Origin: an uncultured Chloroflexia bacterium
GTDB lineage: Bacteria; Chloroflexota; Dehalococcoidia; DSTF01; JALHUB01
NCBI GenBank assembly: GCA_963703345.1
Contig: OY969814.1
Location: forward strand, 1,961,130 to 2,025,129
Reading direction: 5' to 3'
DNA length: 64,000 bases
Part shown: positions 34,659 through 43,701 of the stretch, one piece after another
Layout of the letters: every line of letters starts with the position of its first letter
How positions within the stretch are numbered: the stretch's first letter is position 1
Position numbers and translations under genes: made by a program
Notes under the pieces: model-generated
What the model was told of the DNA's origin: nothing
Databases searched by the model: none
The model's input: only the letters and a program-made list of their open reading frames with translations

Positions 34659-35129
34659 ATGGAAAAAGACGAGAACCAGAAGCGCGCGATCGAGATCGCC
34701 GAGGCGGAGGTTAGCTACTGGCGGGAGGAGGTGGTGCGTGCGAAGGAGCGCTCTGAGAAGGAAATCGCACGATACCAGGAGGTCGCCGAGAAGTTCAGAA
34801 CGGCCGCAGAGTTCCTCGGCCTCGTCGAGGAGCGCTACGGAAGGAGTGTGAAGTCAGGGCCCACCCAACTGCCCCCGGGTGCCAAGCTGGGTGAAGCCGC
34901 TCTTGATGTTGTTAGGCAAAAGGGTCGGGCCACGAGGGAGGAGATTGTCGCTGAACTGCGCGCTCGTGGTTTCGAGTTTGGCAGATATCCCGCGCGGCAA
35001 CTGCATTTCGCCCTGCTCAATAGCGACAGGGTGATCAGGGAGCCTAGCGGCGCCTGGCGGTGGAAAGGTGCAGACCAGAAAGAAATGGCGCTGGCCAGCG
35101 AAGGCGCCAGGGAGCCGACGAGAGAATAG
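34659..35129 (+). CDS. hypothetical protein: N-terminal coiled coil, C-terminal possibly winged-helix-like domain
   Basis: MEKDENQKRAIEIAEAEVSYWREEVVRAKERSEKEIARYQEV...GRATREEIVAELRARGFEF...; SD agagg; sits in a locally lower-GC region between uvrA and tRNA-Ser. Confidence 0.5.
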   Translation: MEKDENQKRAIEIAEAEVSYWREEVVRAKERSEKEIARYQEVAEKFRTAAEFLGLVEERYGRSVKSGPTQLPPGAKLGEAALDVVRQKGRATREEIVAELRARGFEFGRYPARQLHFALLNSDRVIREPSGAWRWKGADQKEMALASEGAREPTRE

Positions 35130-35184
35130 AATTTGGGGCAGGCCCGCCAGTCAAAGCTAAGGCCTGCCCCACGAACCTACCGGT

Positions 35185-35273
35185 GCCGGTGTGGTGAAAT
35201 TGGGAAACACAGCCGTCTTGAAAACGGTCGTGGTTTCGACCACTTGGGGGTTCGAGTCCCCCCACCGGCACCA
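35185..35273 (+). tRNA. tRNA-Ser (anticodon TGA), class II tRNA with a long variable arm
   Basis: Acceptor GCCGGTG/CACCGGC, D stem GTG/CAC, anticodon stem GCCGT/ACGGT with loop CTTGAAA, variable arm CGTGGTTTCGACCACTTG, T arm GGGGG-TTCGAGT-CCCCC, encoded CCA. Confidence 0.85.
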
Positions 35274-35405
35274 GATAGCTCTTGCCCCGGGAGAAAGGCC
35301 GCAAGCGCAGCCGCTTCCCGCGTTCCATTCTAATACATCGGTCGATACAGCGTGTCAACACATCCTCCGGGCGCAACGGCCCGGACTGGCCGACTGAAGG
35401 TCATT

Positions 35406-35477
35406 CCTAGAAGGGCTTTGGGAAATCAGGGGGACACCGCCTGAAACCCCCGGAAGAGGGGGAACATCCCCCTCTTC
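35406..35477. repeat. copy A of a ~57-nt intergenic repeat, with a nested 10-bp hairpin GAAGAGGGGG-aacat-CCCCCTCTTC
   Basis: CCTAGAAGGGCTTTGGGAAATCAGGGGGACACCGCCTGAAACCCCCGGAAGAGGGGG is about 75% identical to copy B at 37037-37091. Confidence 0.6.
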
Positions 35478-35498
35478 ACTCCCCTTGCGACGCAGAAG

Positions 35499-36137
35499 TC
35501 AAACGCGGGATTCGAACTCGTCGAGCTTGCGTTCGAGGTCGCGCTGACGGACCGCGAGGGTCAGGTCGCCGCGGGTGCGCTCGAGGATGCCGCGGACGGC
35601 GTCGGCGGTGCGACGGAGGCCGCTGGTTATTGCCTCCGGGTAGTCGAACGTGACGAGAAGGCTGTAGATGTCGTCCATATTGCCGAGGCAAACTTCGCAC
35701 TGGCTGACGTCGCCGGAGCGTAGGGCATCGAGCAGGTGGCGTCGCAGCTCGCCCACCGCTTCGCCGAGGCCGTTCAGATAGGCGCCGTTTTCGACGCCGA
35801 GGTCCTTCGGGCCGGGCAGCGGTCGAGCGGCGATGAGGGCGAGGGTGGTGCAGCCTTCCGCATACTCCTTCTGGGCGTCGTGGACGAAGCCGGCGAAGTA
35901 GATGTCCGGATGGTCGGCGAGGGCGAGGCGGGCGCGCTCGAGGAGCTCGGCCGCCTGGCGCAGGAGCTCTTCGGCGCCGGGGAAGTCGCCGCGGTGGGTA
36001 ACGCGGACGGCGTTGGCGGAATGGCGCAGGGCCTGGCGGCAGGAGGCGAGACCGATCTCGCGGGCGGCGTGCTTGGCCTCGAAGTCTTTTCGAGTGTTCT
36101 CGACGATTGCTTCCAGCTCCTTGCTGCGGTCGTACAT
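35499..36137 (-). CDS. translin-family protein (bacterial translin/TRAX-like)
   Basis: All-helical, 212 aa; ...AAREIGLASCRQALRHSANAVRVTHRGDFPGAEELLRQAAELL...YAEGCTTLALI...NGLGEAVGELRRHLLDALRSGD...LRRTADAVRGILERTRGDLTLA matches the translin pattern (…SRxAIxxLHRG…AEELLxEA…EYxEA…GLxDLxGELRR…LRxKqDvaRglvErTRgdltla). Confidence 0.6.
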   Translation of the reverse strand: MYDRSKELEAIVENTRKDFEAKHAAREIGLASCRQALRHSANAVRVTHRGDFPGAEELLRQAAELLERARLALADHPDIYFAGFVHDAQKEYAEGCTTLALIAARPLPGPKDLGVENGAYLNGLGEAVGELRRHLLDALRSGDVSQCEVCLGNMDDIYSLLVTFDYPEAITSGLRRTADAVRGILERTRGDLTLAVRQRDLERKLDEFESRV

Positions 36138-36153
36138 CGGCTTCTCCTTCAGC

Positions 36154-36489
36154 CTAATCGGTTAGAGGCGGCGGCAGGTCGCCTTCGCGGGCGGCGTCGA
36201 TCATCTTGCGCGTCTGGCCAGGCATCTCTTCGCCCATCTCTTTGAAGCGTCGCTCGACCCAGCGGCCGATCTGGCGCGGGTCGCGGTAGTCTTCGAGGCG
36301 TTTGGGCTCGCTGCCGTACTTGGCGAGGATGGTCTGCTCAGACTTATGGTAAGCGAAGCCGGAGACGGCGCGGGAGAGGTTGGCGCCGCCGCAATGACGG
36401 CAGCTAGCGGCGACTCCGCCGCTGATGGACTTGACGAAGACGCTGGTCAGGCGGCCGCAGTCCTGGCACTTGTATTCGTAGATCGGCAT
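36154..36489 (-). CDS. FmdB-family zinc-ribbon protein, copy 1
   Basis: MPIYEYKCQDCGRLTSVF...CRHCGGANLSRAVS has the CxxC...CxxC Zn ribbon of PF09723; the start was moved to the MPIYEY ATG. Confidence 0.75.
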   Translation of the reverse strand: MPIYEYKCQDCGRLTSVFVKSISGGVAASCRHCGGANLSRAVSGFAYHKSEQTILAKYGSEPKRLEDYRDPRQIGRWVERRFKEMGEEMPGQTRKMIDAAREGDLPPPLTD

Positions 36490-36532
36490 GGTTGAGCCTA
36501 CGTCGCGATTCAGTCCACAGACAATATAGCAG

Positions 36533-36907
36533 TTATTCCTCTTCGAGGGGAAAGGCGCCGCCGTCCTCGTCCTCACCGATGTCGTCGGGCATTTCGCCGG
36601 CTTCCATCCGGTCGATCATCTCTTCGAACTCCGGCTCCACCTCCTCGCCCATCTTCGACTGCACCTTGCGAGCGAAGGCGGCGACGCTGCGCGGGTCGTC
36701 TTCATCGACGCCGGACAGGAGGGAGTCGTCGTCAAGGGAGTCGAGGCGCTGGTCTTCGGTGCGCACGACGGCGAAGCGGGAGACAAGGCGCGTCAGGTCG
36801 TCGGCGCCGCAATTCGGGCAGACGGCAGGCGTCGATGAGCTTATCGAGCGCCGGAAGACGGTGACGCGCTTCTTGCACCGGTTGCAGCGGAATTCGTAGA
36901 TGGGCAT
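36533..36907 (-). CDS. FmdB-family zinc-ribbon protein, copy 2, with an acidic C-terminal tail
   Basis: MPIYEFRCNRCKKRVTVF...CPNCGADDLTRLVS, then a D/E-rich tail; tandem paralog of copy 1. Confidence 0.75.
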   Translation of the reverse strand: MPIYEFRCNRCKKRVTVFRRSISSSTPAVCPNCGADDLTRLVSRFAVVRTEDQRLDSLDDDSLLSGVDEDDPRSVAAFARKVQSKMGEEVEPEFEEMIDRMEAGEMPDDIGEDEDGGAFPLEEE

Positions 36908-37036
36908 TTCTATTCGGCTTTCAGCCAAGCCCGCAAACGGAGTCGATTTCGCCGTATCGCGCAAGCACGCCAACGGCGTCGGTGCTCTCGCCGTAACATC
37001 GGCGATCTATTTCCCACCCGCCCGCCCTAGGAGGGT

Positions 37037-37091
37037 TTCTTGGGAATCAAGGGGACACCCCTTGAACCCTCCTCCAGAGGCGGACCTTCGG
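37037..37091. repeat. copy B of the ~57-nt intergenic repeat (nested hairpins GGAGGGTT...AACCCTCC and CAAGGGG-aca-CCCCTTG)
   Basis: CCTAGGAGGGTTTCTTGGGAATCAAGGGGACACCCCTTGAACCCTCCTCCAGAGGCGG. Confidence 0.6.
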
Positions 37092-37140
37092 CCGGCAAAG
37101 GGGCTTCGCCCTCTGCACTCCCTATTCGGGCAACCATCCG

Positions 37141-37881
37141 TCAAGCCGAGGACAGGCGGCGGCCGACGATCTCCTCGCGGCTGGGGCAGAGGGCCTGGTA
37201 GTCGCAGAAGGCGCAATGCCTGCCCACGTTCGTCTGGTAGTCGCGCTCCGTCACTATTTCGTTGTAGGCGGCGGTCACGGCGGCGACGGCCTCTTCCAGC
37301 TCTCGACGCTGCGGGCTCGTTGACCATGCGGAGCCGTCGTCGAGATAGAGGTACGAGGCGCGGCCTACGGGACGGCCGAGGCCCCTCTCCAGCATCACAG
37401 CATAGATGTGAAGCTGTTGAACGTCGATCTCCTCCGGGCGGCGGCCGGTCTTGTAGTCGATTATGTGAAGTCCGTCGGCATCGTCGTCAACGCGGTCGAT
37501 GCGGCCGAGGAGGGCGAGCTGGGCGCTGATCGGCGTCTCGAGATAGGACTCGAGGAGGAGCGGACGGGCGGCGAGATCGTTGCTGCGGGCGAAGCTGTGG
37601 AGCTGGTTCGTCGCGCGTTCCCGCCAGCGCTCTTCGTCTTCGAGGTCGCTGAAGCCGGAGCGATTCTGCTGCCAGCTTTCGTGAAGGAGGTCGAGGAGTC
37701 GCTCGGGGGTGCGTTCAGCCGGTTCGGGCAGGGAGAAGAAGGCTTTGAGGGCGTTGTGGACGTGGGCGCCCATTGTGTTGTAGGGGGAAGGACGCGTGGG
37801 CAGGCGCTCGACGTACTGGTATCGGTAGCGCCGGCGGCACTGGCGGAAGACGCGGAGGCGGAAGGATGAGAGTTTGAACAT
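37141..37881 (-). CDS. PD-(D/E)XK nuclease, Cas4/RecB-like, with a putative Fe-S cysteine cluster; stand-alone with no CRISPR-cas nearby
   Basis: IIDYKTG (D-ExK core), C-terminal CAFCDYQALC plus an N-terminal Cys, as in Cas4/AddB-type Fe-S nuclease domains. Confidence 0.7.
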   Translation of the reverse strand: MFKLSSFRLRVFRQCRRRYRYQYVERLPTRPSPYNTMGAHVHNALKAFFSLPEPAERTPERLLDLLHESWQQNRSGFSDLEDEERWRERATNQLHSFARSNDLAARPLLLESYLETPISAQLALLGRIDRVDDDADGLHIIDYKTGRRPEEIDVQQLHIYAVMLERGLGRPVGRASYLYLDDGSAWSTSPQRRELEEAVAAVTAAYNEIVTERDYQTNVGRHCAFCDYQALCPSREEIVGRRLSSA

Positions 37882-37882
37882 G

Positions 37883-38278
37883 CTATCGCGTCGGCAGCGC
37901 CGGCAGGTCGTCGGCGCTGAAGGCGTTCTCGATGTGCTCCAGGCGAAGGAGCCGGCCGCCGGGCGTCAGTTCGACGGCGATGACATCGATGCGACGCTCG
38001 GGCGCGGCCTGCGGATGTTGCTGGCAGTAGGCGTCGGCGGCGGCGACCAGGCGGGCGCACTTGAGCGGCGTGACCGATTCGATGGCTGTGCCCATGGCGT
38101 CGCCGCGGCGCGTACGCACTTCGACGAAGACGAGACAGCCGTCGCTCTGCGCGATTATGTCAATTTCGCCCTCACGACAGCGGAAGTTGCGATCGAGGAT
38201 TGCGTAGCCCTTCGCTTCCAGGTGGGCGACGGCGAGTCGCTCGCCGAAGCGGCCGAGTCGGACGCGCTCGTCGCTCAT
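37883..38278 (-). CDS. yraN: YraN family endonuclease (UPF0102)
   Basis: GERLAVAHLEAKGYAILDRNFRCREGEIDIIAQSDGCLVFVEVRTRRG. Confidence 0.85.
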   Translation of the reverse strand: MSDERVRLGRFGERLAVAHLEAKGYAILDRNFRCREGEIDIIAQSDGCLVFVEVRTRRGDAMGTAIESVTPLKCARLVAAADAYCQQHPQAAPERRIDVIAVELTPGGRLLRLEHIENAFSADDLPALPTR

Positions 38279-38913
38279 GCCGGCCTCCCGACGAGGCGTT
38301 CGCGGACGGGGGCGAAGGAGCGCCGGTGAATGGGACAGGGGCCGTGCCTAACCAGCGCTTCGAGGTGCTCGGCGGTGGAGTAGCCCTTGTGATGGCGGAA
38401 GCCGTACTCGGGGTAGAGGGCGTCGTAGAGCAGCATGATGCGGTCGCGGTGGACTTTGGCGACGATCGAAGCGGCGGCGATGGAGAGAGAAAGGGCATCG
38501 CCGTCGATGATCGCGCTCTGGGGGATGCCGACCTCGGGCAGCATGAAAGCGTCGATGAGGGCGTACTCGGCAGGCGGCGTAAGGCCGGCGAGGGCCTCGG
38601 CCATGGCCAGCCGGGCGGCGGGCGCGATGCCCAGGGCGTCGATCCGCTGGGGAACGACGGCGCCGAGACCGACTGCGAGGGCTTTGGCGCGGATCTTCTC
38701 GGCGAGGTCTTCTCGCCTGGCGGCAGGCAGGAGCTTGCTATCGCGAACGTCGGCGAGCCAGGCGAAGCGGGCGCGTGGCGGCAGGATGACCGCGGCGGCG
38801 ACCACGGGACCGGCGAGGGGACCGCGTCCGACCTCGTCGACGCCGGCGATAAGGCGAAGGCCCTGCTTCCAGAGGGGTCGCTCGTAATCGAAGGTCGGGC
38901 GGAGGGCCATCAT
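38275..38913 (-). CDS. rnhB: ribonuclease HII
   Basis: LIAGVDEVGRGPLAGPVVAAAVIL; start taken at MMALRP (38913), with an alternative at 38940 or 39018. Confidence 0.88.
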   Translation of the reverse strand: MMALRPTFDYERPLWKQGLRLIAGVDEVGRGPLAGPVVAAAVILPPRARFAWLADVRDSKLLPAARREDLAEKIRAKALAVGLGAVVPQRIDALGIAPAARLAMAEALAGLTPPAEYALIDAFMLPEVGIPQSAIIDGDALSLSIAAASIVAKVHRDRIMLLYDALYPEYGFRHHKGYSTAEHLEALVRHGPCPIHRRSFAPVRERLVGRPA

Positions 38914-39131
38914 CGCCTCCGGCGGTTCAATGCATACCATTTCTGCAGACGATGGTAGCACGGGCAAAGTCGGGAAGGAAGGGAGGTCTTGCCCACCACG
39001 TCGGCGTAGTGCCGGCAACCGCGCCGCGTGACAGTGGCGTGTTTCAGCCCTCCAGACGCGGGCAGGCTCCGCCCGCTCCTAAGTGGTATCATCGCTGCGA
39101 TCGTGATGATCGAAGCGAAAGGAGAGGATAG

Positions 39132-39323
39132 ATGCCGGTTGTGCGGGTGTCCATGTGGACGGGTCGGACGCATGCGCAGAAGCAGGAGTTGGCACGGGCG
39201 ATCACGGACGCGGTGTGCGCCATTGCGCAGACGACGCCGGAGGCAACGATAATCATCTTCGAGGACGTGGAGCGCAGCAACTGGGCGCAGGCCGGCGCGC
39301 TGGCGTCGGAGGAGCGGAAGTAG
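39132..39323 (+). CDS. 4-oxalocrotonate tautomerase-family protein (63 aa)
   Basis: MPVVRVSMWTGRTHAQKQELARAITDAV... with N-terminal Pro1; SD aaaggagagg. Confidence 0.75.
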   Translation: MPVVRVSMWTGRTHAQKQELARAITDAVCAIAQTTPEATIIIFEDVERSNWAQAGALASEERK

Positions 39324-39482
39324 AGGGTTTGCGAGGATGCGTGGGCCGCGCAGGGCGTCCGATAATCGGTAGTCCCGAGCGGCAGCGCGCGCTTTGCCGA
39401 CGGCGCGTGAATCTACGGCTTCCGGTCGCACAGGGGGTCTGATATAATCTTAGGTGGTAGATAGTCTCTAGTAGGAGTTGGC

Positions 39483-41453
39483 ATGGGCTCTCGCTGGATG
39501 CGCAACACTTTCATATACTTGCTCATCGTCGTCGCCGTAGTGGCGATCGTCTGGTCTTTCCTGGGCAATAAGCCGTCGACCAGCACGTCGGAGGACATCA
39601 GTTGGGTCGTCGCCGAGGTGCAAAGCCAGAGCGTCGACAAAATCGAGGTGTCCGGCGACAACTTGACGATTCACCTTAAGAACGATTCGGCCGTCTACAA
39701 GTCGCGGAAGGAAAGCGGCGTAAGCATCTACGACGTGCTTCACAACGCCGGCGCCAGCAGCGACAACATCCAGGCGACCCAGATAAACGTTACCTCCCCG
39801 AGCAAGTGGGGTAGCTGGCTGCCGTTCCTGATCAACTTCCTACCGTTCATCATCTTCGGCGCCATCCTGATCTTCATGTTGCGTCAGGCCCAGGGCTCGA
39901 ACTCGCAGGCGATGAGCTTCGGGAAGAGCCGCGCCCGCATGTTCACCGGCAACAAGCCGACTGTCACATTCAGCGATGTCGCGGGCGTCGACGAGGCGAA
40001 GGAGGAGTTGCAGGAGGTCGTCGAGTTCCTCAAGTACCCAGAGAAGTTCGCGGCTCTGGGGGCGCGCATTCCGCACGGCGTGCTGCTGGTCGGGCCGCCG
40101 GGTACGGGCAAGACGTTGCTTGGCAAGGCGGTGGCCGGTGAGGCTGGCGTGCCTTTCTTCTCGATAAGCGGCTCCGAGTTCGTGGAGATGTTCGTCGGTG
40201 TCGGCGCGTCGCGCGTGCGCGACCTGTTCGACCAGGCGAAGCGTAATGCGCCCTGCATCGTCTTCGTCGACGAGATCGACGCGGTGGGCAGGCAGCGCGG
40301 CGCGGGCCTCGGCGGCAGCCACGACGAGCGAGAGCAGACGCTGAACCAGATCCTGGTGGAGATGGACGGCTTTGACACGAACACGAATATCATCGTCTTG
40401 GCCGCGACGAACCGGCCGGACATCCTGGACCCGGCGCTCCTGCGTCCGGGGCGGTTCGACCGGCATATGATACTGGACCGGCCGGACATCAAGGGTCGCA
40501 ACGCCATCCTGGACGTGCACGTGCGCGGGAAGCCTCTGGACAAGGACGTGCAGCTCGGCGACCTGGCGCGACAGACGTCCGGCTTCTCAGGGGCGGACCT
40601 GGCGAACCTGGTGAATGAGGCGGCCCTTCTGTCGGCGCGTCGCAACAGGAAGCGACTGGGCATGGCGGAGTTCAATGAGGCGGTGGACCGCGTTATCGCC
40701 GGGCCGGAGCGCAAGAGCCGCGTAATCAGCCCGAAGGAGAAGGAGATCATCGCCTACCATGAGGCGGGACACGCGCTCGTGGCGCGCATGCTGCCCAACG
40801 CGGACCCCGTCTACAAGGTCACGATCGTTTCGCGCGGCATGGCGGGCGGTTTCACGCGCTTCCTGCCGGAAGAGGACCGTCATCTGAAAACACGGTCGCA
40901 GTTCCAGGACACGCTGGCGTCGAGTCTGGGCGGCCACGTGGCGGAGGAGATCGTCCTCGGCGAGATGACGACGGGCCCGCAGAGCGACATCGAGGCGGCG
41001 ACGAAGATCGCCCGGCAGATGGTAATGCAGTGGGGAATGAGCGAACGCCTGGGGCCGCGGACGTTTGGTCGCAAGGAAGAGTTGGTCTTCCTGGGTCGCG
41101 AGATTGCTGAACAGCGCAACTATAGCGAGAAGGTGGCCGAGGAGATCGACGAAGAAGTGCGCCGGATCATCGACCACGCCTACCAAGTGGCGAAGAAGAT
41201 ACTGCTGGAGAATCGCGGCAAGCTGGACCAGATTGCGCGACGCCTGGTGGAGGTGGAGACGCTGGAAAGCGACGAGCTTCAGCGGGTGTTCAATGCGCCT
41301 CTGGACGAGCAGTTCCCGCCGGCGATGGAGCCGGGCAGCGAGGCGCCGAAGGGCGAGAAGCCTAAGGACGAGCCGCAGCCGGAGGGTCAGGAGGGCCAGG
41401 GGAAGCCGGTGACGAAGCCGGGGTTGGCCTGGAGCGAGCACGGCGGCACGTAA
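39483..41453 (+). CDS. ftsH: ATP-dependent zinc metalloprotease FtsH
   Basis: [28 protein letters not shown] (AAA domain), HEAGHAL zinc site, two N-terminal TM segments. Confidence 0.97.
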   Translation: MGSRWMRNTFIYLLIVVAVVAIVWSFLGNKPSTSTSEDISWVVAEVQSQSVDKIEVSGDNLTIHLKNDSAVYKSRKESGVSIYDVLHNAGASSDNIQATQINVTSPSKWGSWLPFLINFLPFIIFGAILIFMLRQAQGSNSQAMSFGKSRARMFTGNKPTVTFSDVAGVDEAKEELQEVVEFLKYPEKFAALGARIPHGVLLVGPPGTGKTLLGKAVAGEAGVPFFSISGSEFVEMFVGVGASRVRDLFDQAKRNAPCIVFVDEIDAVGRQRGAGLGGSHDEREQTLNQILVEMDGFDTNTNIIVLAATNRPDILDPALLRPGRFDRHMILDRPDIKGRNAILDVHVRGKPLDKDVQLGDLARQTSGFSGADLANLVNEAALLSARRNRKRLGMAEFNEAVDRVIAGPERKSRVISPKEKEIIAYHEAGHALVARMLPNADPVYKVTIVSRGMAGGFTRFLPEEDRHLKTRSQFQDTLASSLGGHVAEEIVLGEMTTGPQSDIEAATKIARQMVMQWGMSERLGPRTFGRKEELVFLGREIAEQRNYSEKVAEEIDEEVRRIIDHAYQVAKKILLENRGKLDQIARRLVEVETLESDELQRVFNAPLDEQFPPAMEPGSEAPKGEKPKDEPQPEGQEGQGKPVTKPGLAWSEHGGT

Positions 41454-41557
41454 TCGCAACGATCCGACAATAGCGCTATTTCGAGGATGGGCTCCTCCGG
41501 GGGCCTATTCTTTTTGCATCCGACGCGGCCGGACGCGTCTGTCGAAGGGGCGAATAG

Positions 41558-42634
41558 TCAGTTTCGCCACTGGATCCGCTGCCGCGGCGGCGTTTCTCCT
41601 CGGTCGCGGCTGCCGCCGAGTGACAGCACGTCGCGGATGTCCAGCTTCAGAACCCACATCCCGGCCAGGCCGGTGATGGTTATCCAGACGATGGTGAAGA
41701 CGTGGGTTCCGAGCGCGTAACCAGCGGCGAGGGCGCCGTTGACGCCCAGGGCGGTCATGATGCTCTGCAGGGCGACTTCGTAGGGGCCGAGGTTCCAGGG
41801 AGTCAGCGGCAGGGCAACGACGATGTTGGCCGTTATCATGATGACGATGAACTTGTCGAAGGCGATGTCGAGGCCGAAGGCAAGGCCGAAGAGAAAGTAC
41901 ATGACGCTTTCGGCGAGCCAACCGGGGAAGGAAACGGCGATGACCCGAAGGGTGCGTCTCGGCTCGCGCATGGCGGCCAGCCCTTCGAAGAACTCCGGCA
42001 CAGCGCGCCCGATAGCCTGGCGCGTGCCTTCGGTGAACATCCCCAGCCAGGGTTTCTCGGCCAGGTTCTTAGGCGGCGGGACTCGCGAGGCGACGAGCGC
42101 GGCCACGAAGCCGATCGTCGTCGCGACCGCCAGAGCGACCGCCAGGCTGGTCGGAAGGACGGGCACACGCAGGAAGGCGAGCACGACGAGGGTGAGGATG
42201 AGGAAGGTGAAGCCGTCCAGGATCGTCTCGGCCACGACGACGGCACCGACGAGCTCGGCGCGGGGGATGCCGAAGCGCTGCGCCGGCACCTGGATGCGCA
42301 GCACGTCGCCGATGCGGAAGGGCACGGCGTTGTTCGCCATGTTGGAGACGAGGTAGATGCCGAACAGGGAACTGAGGGGCGCTGCCTCCGTCTCGGACAG
42401 CAAGAGCCGCCAGCGATAGGCGTGGATTAGCTTGGAGATTGTGAAGCAGGCCAGGGCCGGCAGGACCCAAACGTAGTGGACGTGTGCGAAGGTGTGGAAG
42501 ACCCTGCCCAGGTTGACCCGCCAGACCAGGATTCCCACGAATACGCCGGTAAGCGCCAGTTGGAACAGGAAGCGACGGCCGAGAAGACGGCGGATCAAGC
42601 CTCTTGCTTTCCTCTCGTCAGTGACCGTGGACAA
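41558..42634 (-). CDS. lysylphosphatidylglycerol-synthase-TM-region/flippase-like membrane protein (UPF0104)
   Basis: Eight TM helices; VFVGILVWRVNLGRVFHTFAHVHYVWVLPALACFTISKLIHAYRWRLLL. Confidence 0.65.
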   Translation of the reverse strand: MSTVTDERKARGLIRRLLGRRFLFQLALTGVFVGILVWRVNLGRVFHTFAHVHYVWVLPALACFTISKLIHAYRWRLLLSETEAAPLSSLFGIYLVSNMANNAVPFRIGDVLRIQVPAQRFGIPRAELVGAVVVAETILDGFTFLILTLVVLAFLRVPVLPTSLAVALAVATTIGFVAALVASRVPPPKNLAEKPWLGMFTEGTRQAIGRAVPEFFEGLAAMREPRRTLRVIAVSFPGWLAESVMYFLFGLAFGLDIAFDKFIVIMITANIVVALPLTPWNLGPYEVALQSIMTALGVNGALAAGYALGTHVFTIVWITITGLAGMWVLKLDIRDVLSLGGSRDRGETPPRQRIQWRN

Positions 42635-42742
42635 GCGACATCGAGCGATGCGTCCAACCGCGTCGCCCGAGGCGCCTCGGTAAGCTCATAGTAGCACAAG
42701 GCTTGATCTGCGCGGACAGCGCAGCGGCCGGGCGAGCGAGGA

Positions 42743-43600
42743 TCAGCCGCCGGCGCCGGCCTCGCGGCGGATCTCCTTCAGGATGTCGAGGTTCTCTTTA
42801 TCCGGGCCCAGGTTGCCGAAGCCGGGCACTTCGAGGATGAAGGGCACGTTGGCAAACGCAGGATGAGCGAAGATGCGCAGGAAGCCGTCGCGGCCGATGT
42901 GCCCCTGGCCGATGTTCTCGTGGCGGTCGCGCACGCCGGCCAGCGGCACCTTGGAGTCGTTGGCGTGGCAGGCGACGAGCTTGTCGAGACCGATCTCGCG
43001 CTCGAACTCGCCGACGGCGGCGGCGAGGCCTTTTTCGTCGGTCAGGTCGTAGCCCATGGCGTAGGCGTGCTGCGTGTCAAGGCAGACCTTCAGGCGCGGG
43101 TCGCCTACTTCGCGGATGATGGCGCCGAGTTCAGCGAAGTGAGCCCCGACGCTTCCGCCCATTCCAGCGCTGTTCTCCAAGATCAGCCAGGACTCGGCGG
43201 GAGTGGCGTCAAGGACGCGTCGCACCGCGGTGGTGACGCGCGGCAGGATGGCTTCGAAGCCGAGGCCCTTATGGCTGCCAGCGTGGACGATGCTGCCTTT
43301 GGCGCCGATGCGGGGGCAGAGCTGGAGGTCGGCGGCGAGGGAGGCGGCGCCGCGCTCGATGGCGACGGGGTCGTCGCTGACGAGGCTGATGAGGTAGATG
43401 GCGTGGAGGAAGACGGGCGCGACGTCCGCGGCGGCGGCTTTCTCGCGGAAGGCGGCGGCTTCTTCATCGCCGATGGCGCGACGCCGCCAGGTCTGAGGCG
43501 CGGCGCCGAATATCTGGATGGTCTCCGCGCCCATGGCCTGAGCGCGGTCAATCGCTTTGTCGAGGCCGCCCTGGGTGGAAACGTGCGCGCCGAGCTTCAT
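42743..43600 (-). CDS. nfo: deoxyribonuclease IV (endonuclease IV, AP endonuclease)
   Basis: MKLGAHVSTQGGLDKAIDRAQAMGAETIQIFG... TIM-barrel AP endonuclease 2 family. Confidence 0.9.
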   Translation of the reverse strand: MKLGAHVSTQGGLDKAIDRAQAMGAETIQIFGAAPQTWRRRAIGDEEAAAFREKAAAADVAPVFLHAIYLISLVSDDPVAIERGAASLAADLQLCPRIGAKGSIVHAGSHKGLGFEAILPRVTTAVRRVLDATPAESWLILENSAGMGGSVGAHFAELGAIIREVGDPRLKVCLDTQHAYAMGYDLTDEKGLAAAVGEFEREIGLDKLVACHANDSKVPLAGVRDRHENIGQGHIGRDGFLRIFAHPAFANVPFILEVPGFGNLGPDKENLDILKEIRREAGAGG

Positions 43601-43667
43601 CCTGTGCCTTCGATTCGCGGTCCGGCCGTTGTCGTGTAACAATCGCTCGGATTGAGGGCAAGAACCC

Positions 43668-43695
43668 TTGACAACTTGGCGCGGCGGACTATAAT
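43668..43695 (+). promoter_or_regulatory. perfect-consensus sigma70 promoter TTGACA-N16-TATAAT
   Basis: cTTGACAacttggcgcggcggacTATAATgagg, read directly. Confidence 0.55.
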
Positions 43696-43701
43696 GAGGT
43701 C

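Noticed and set aside
35044-35376. 110-aa minus-strand ORF over tRNA-Ser
   Set aside because: It is antisense to the tRNA.
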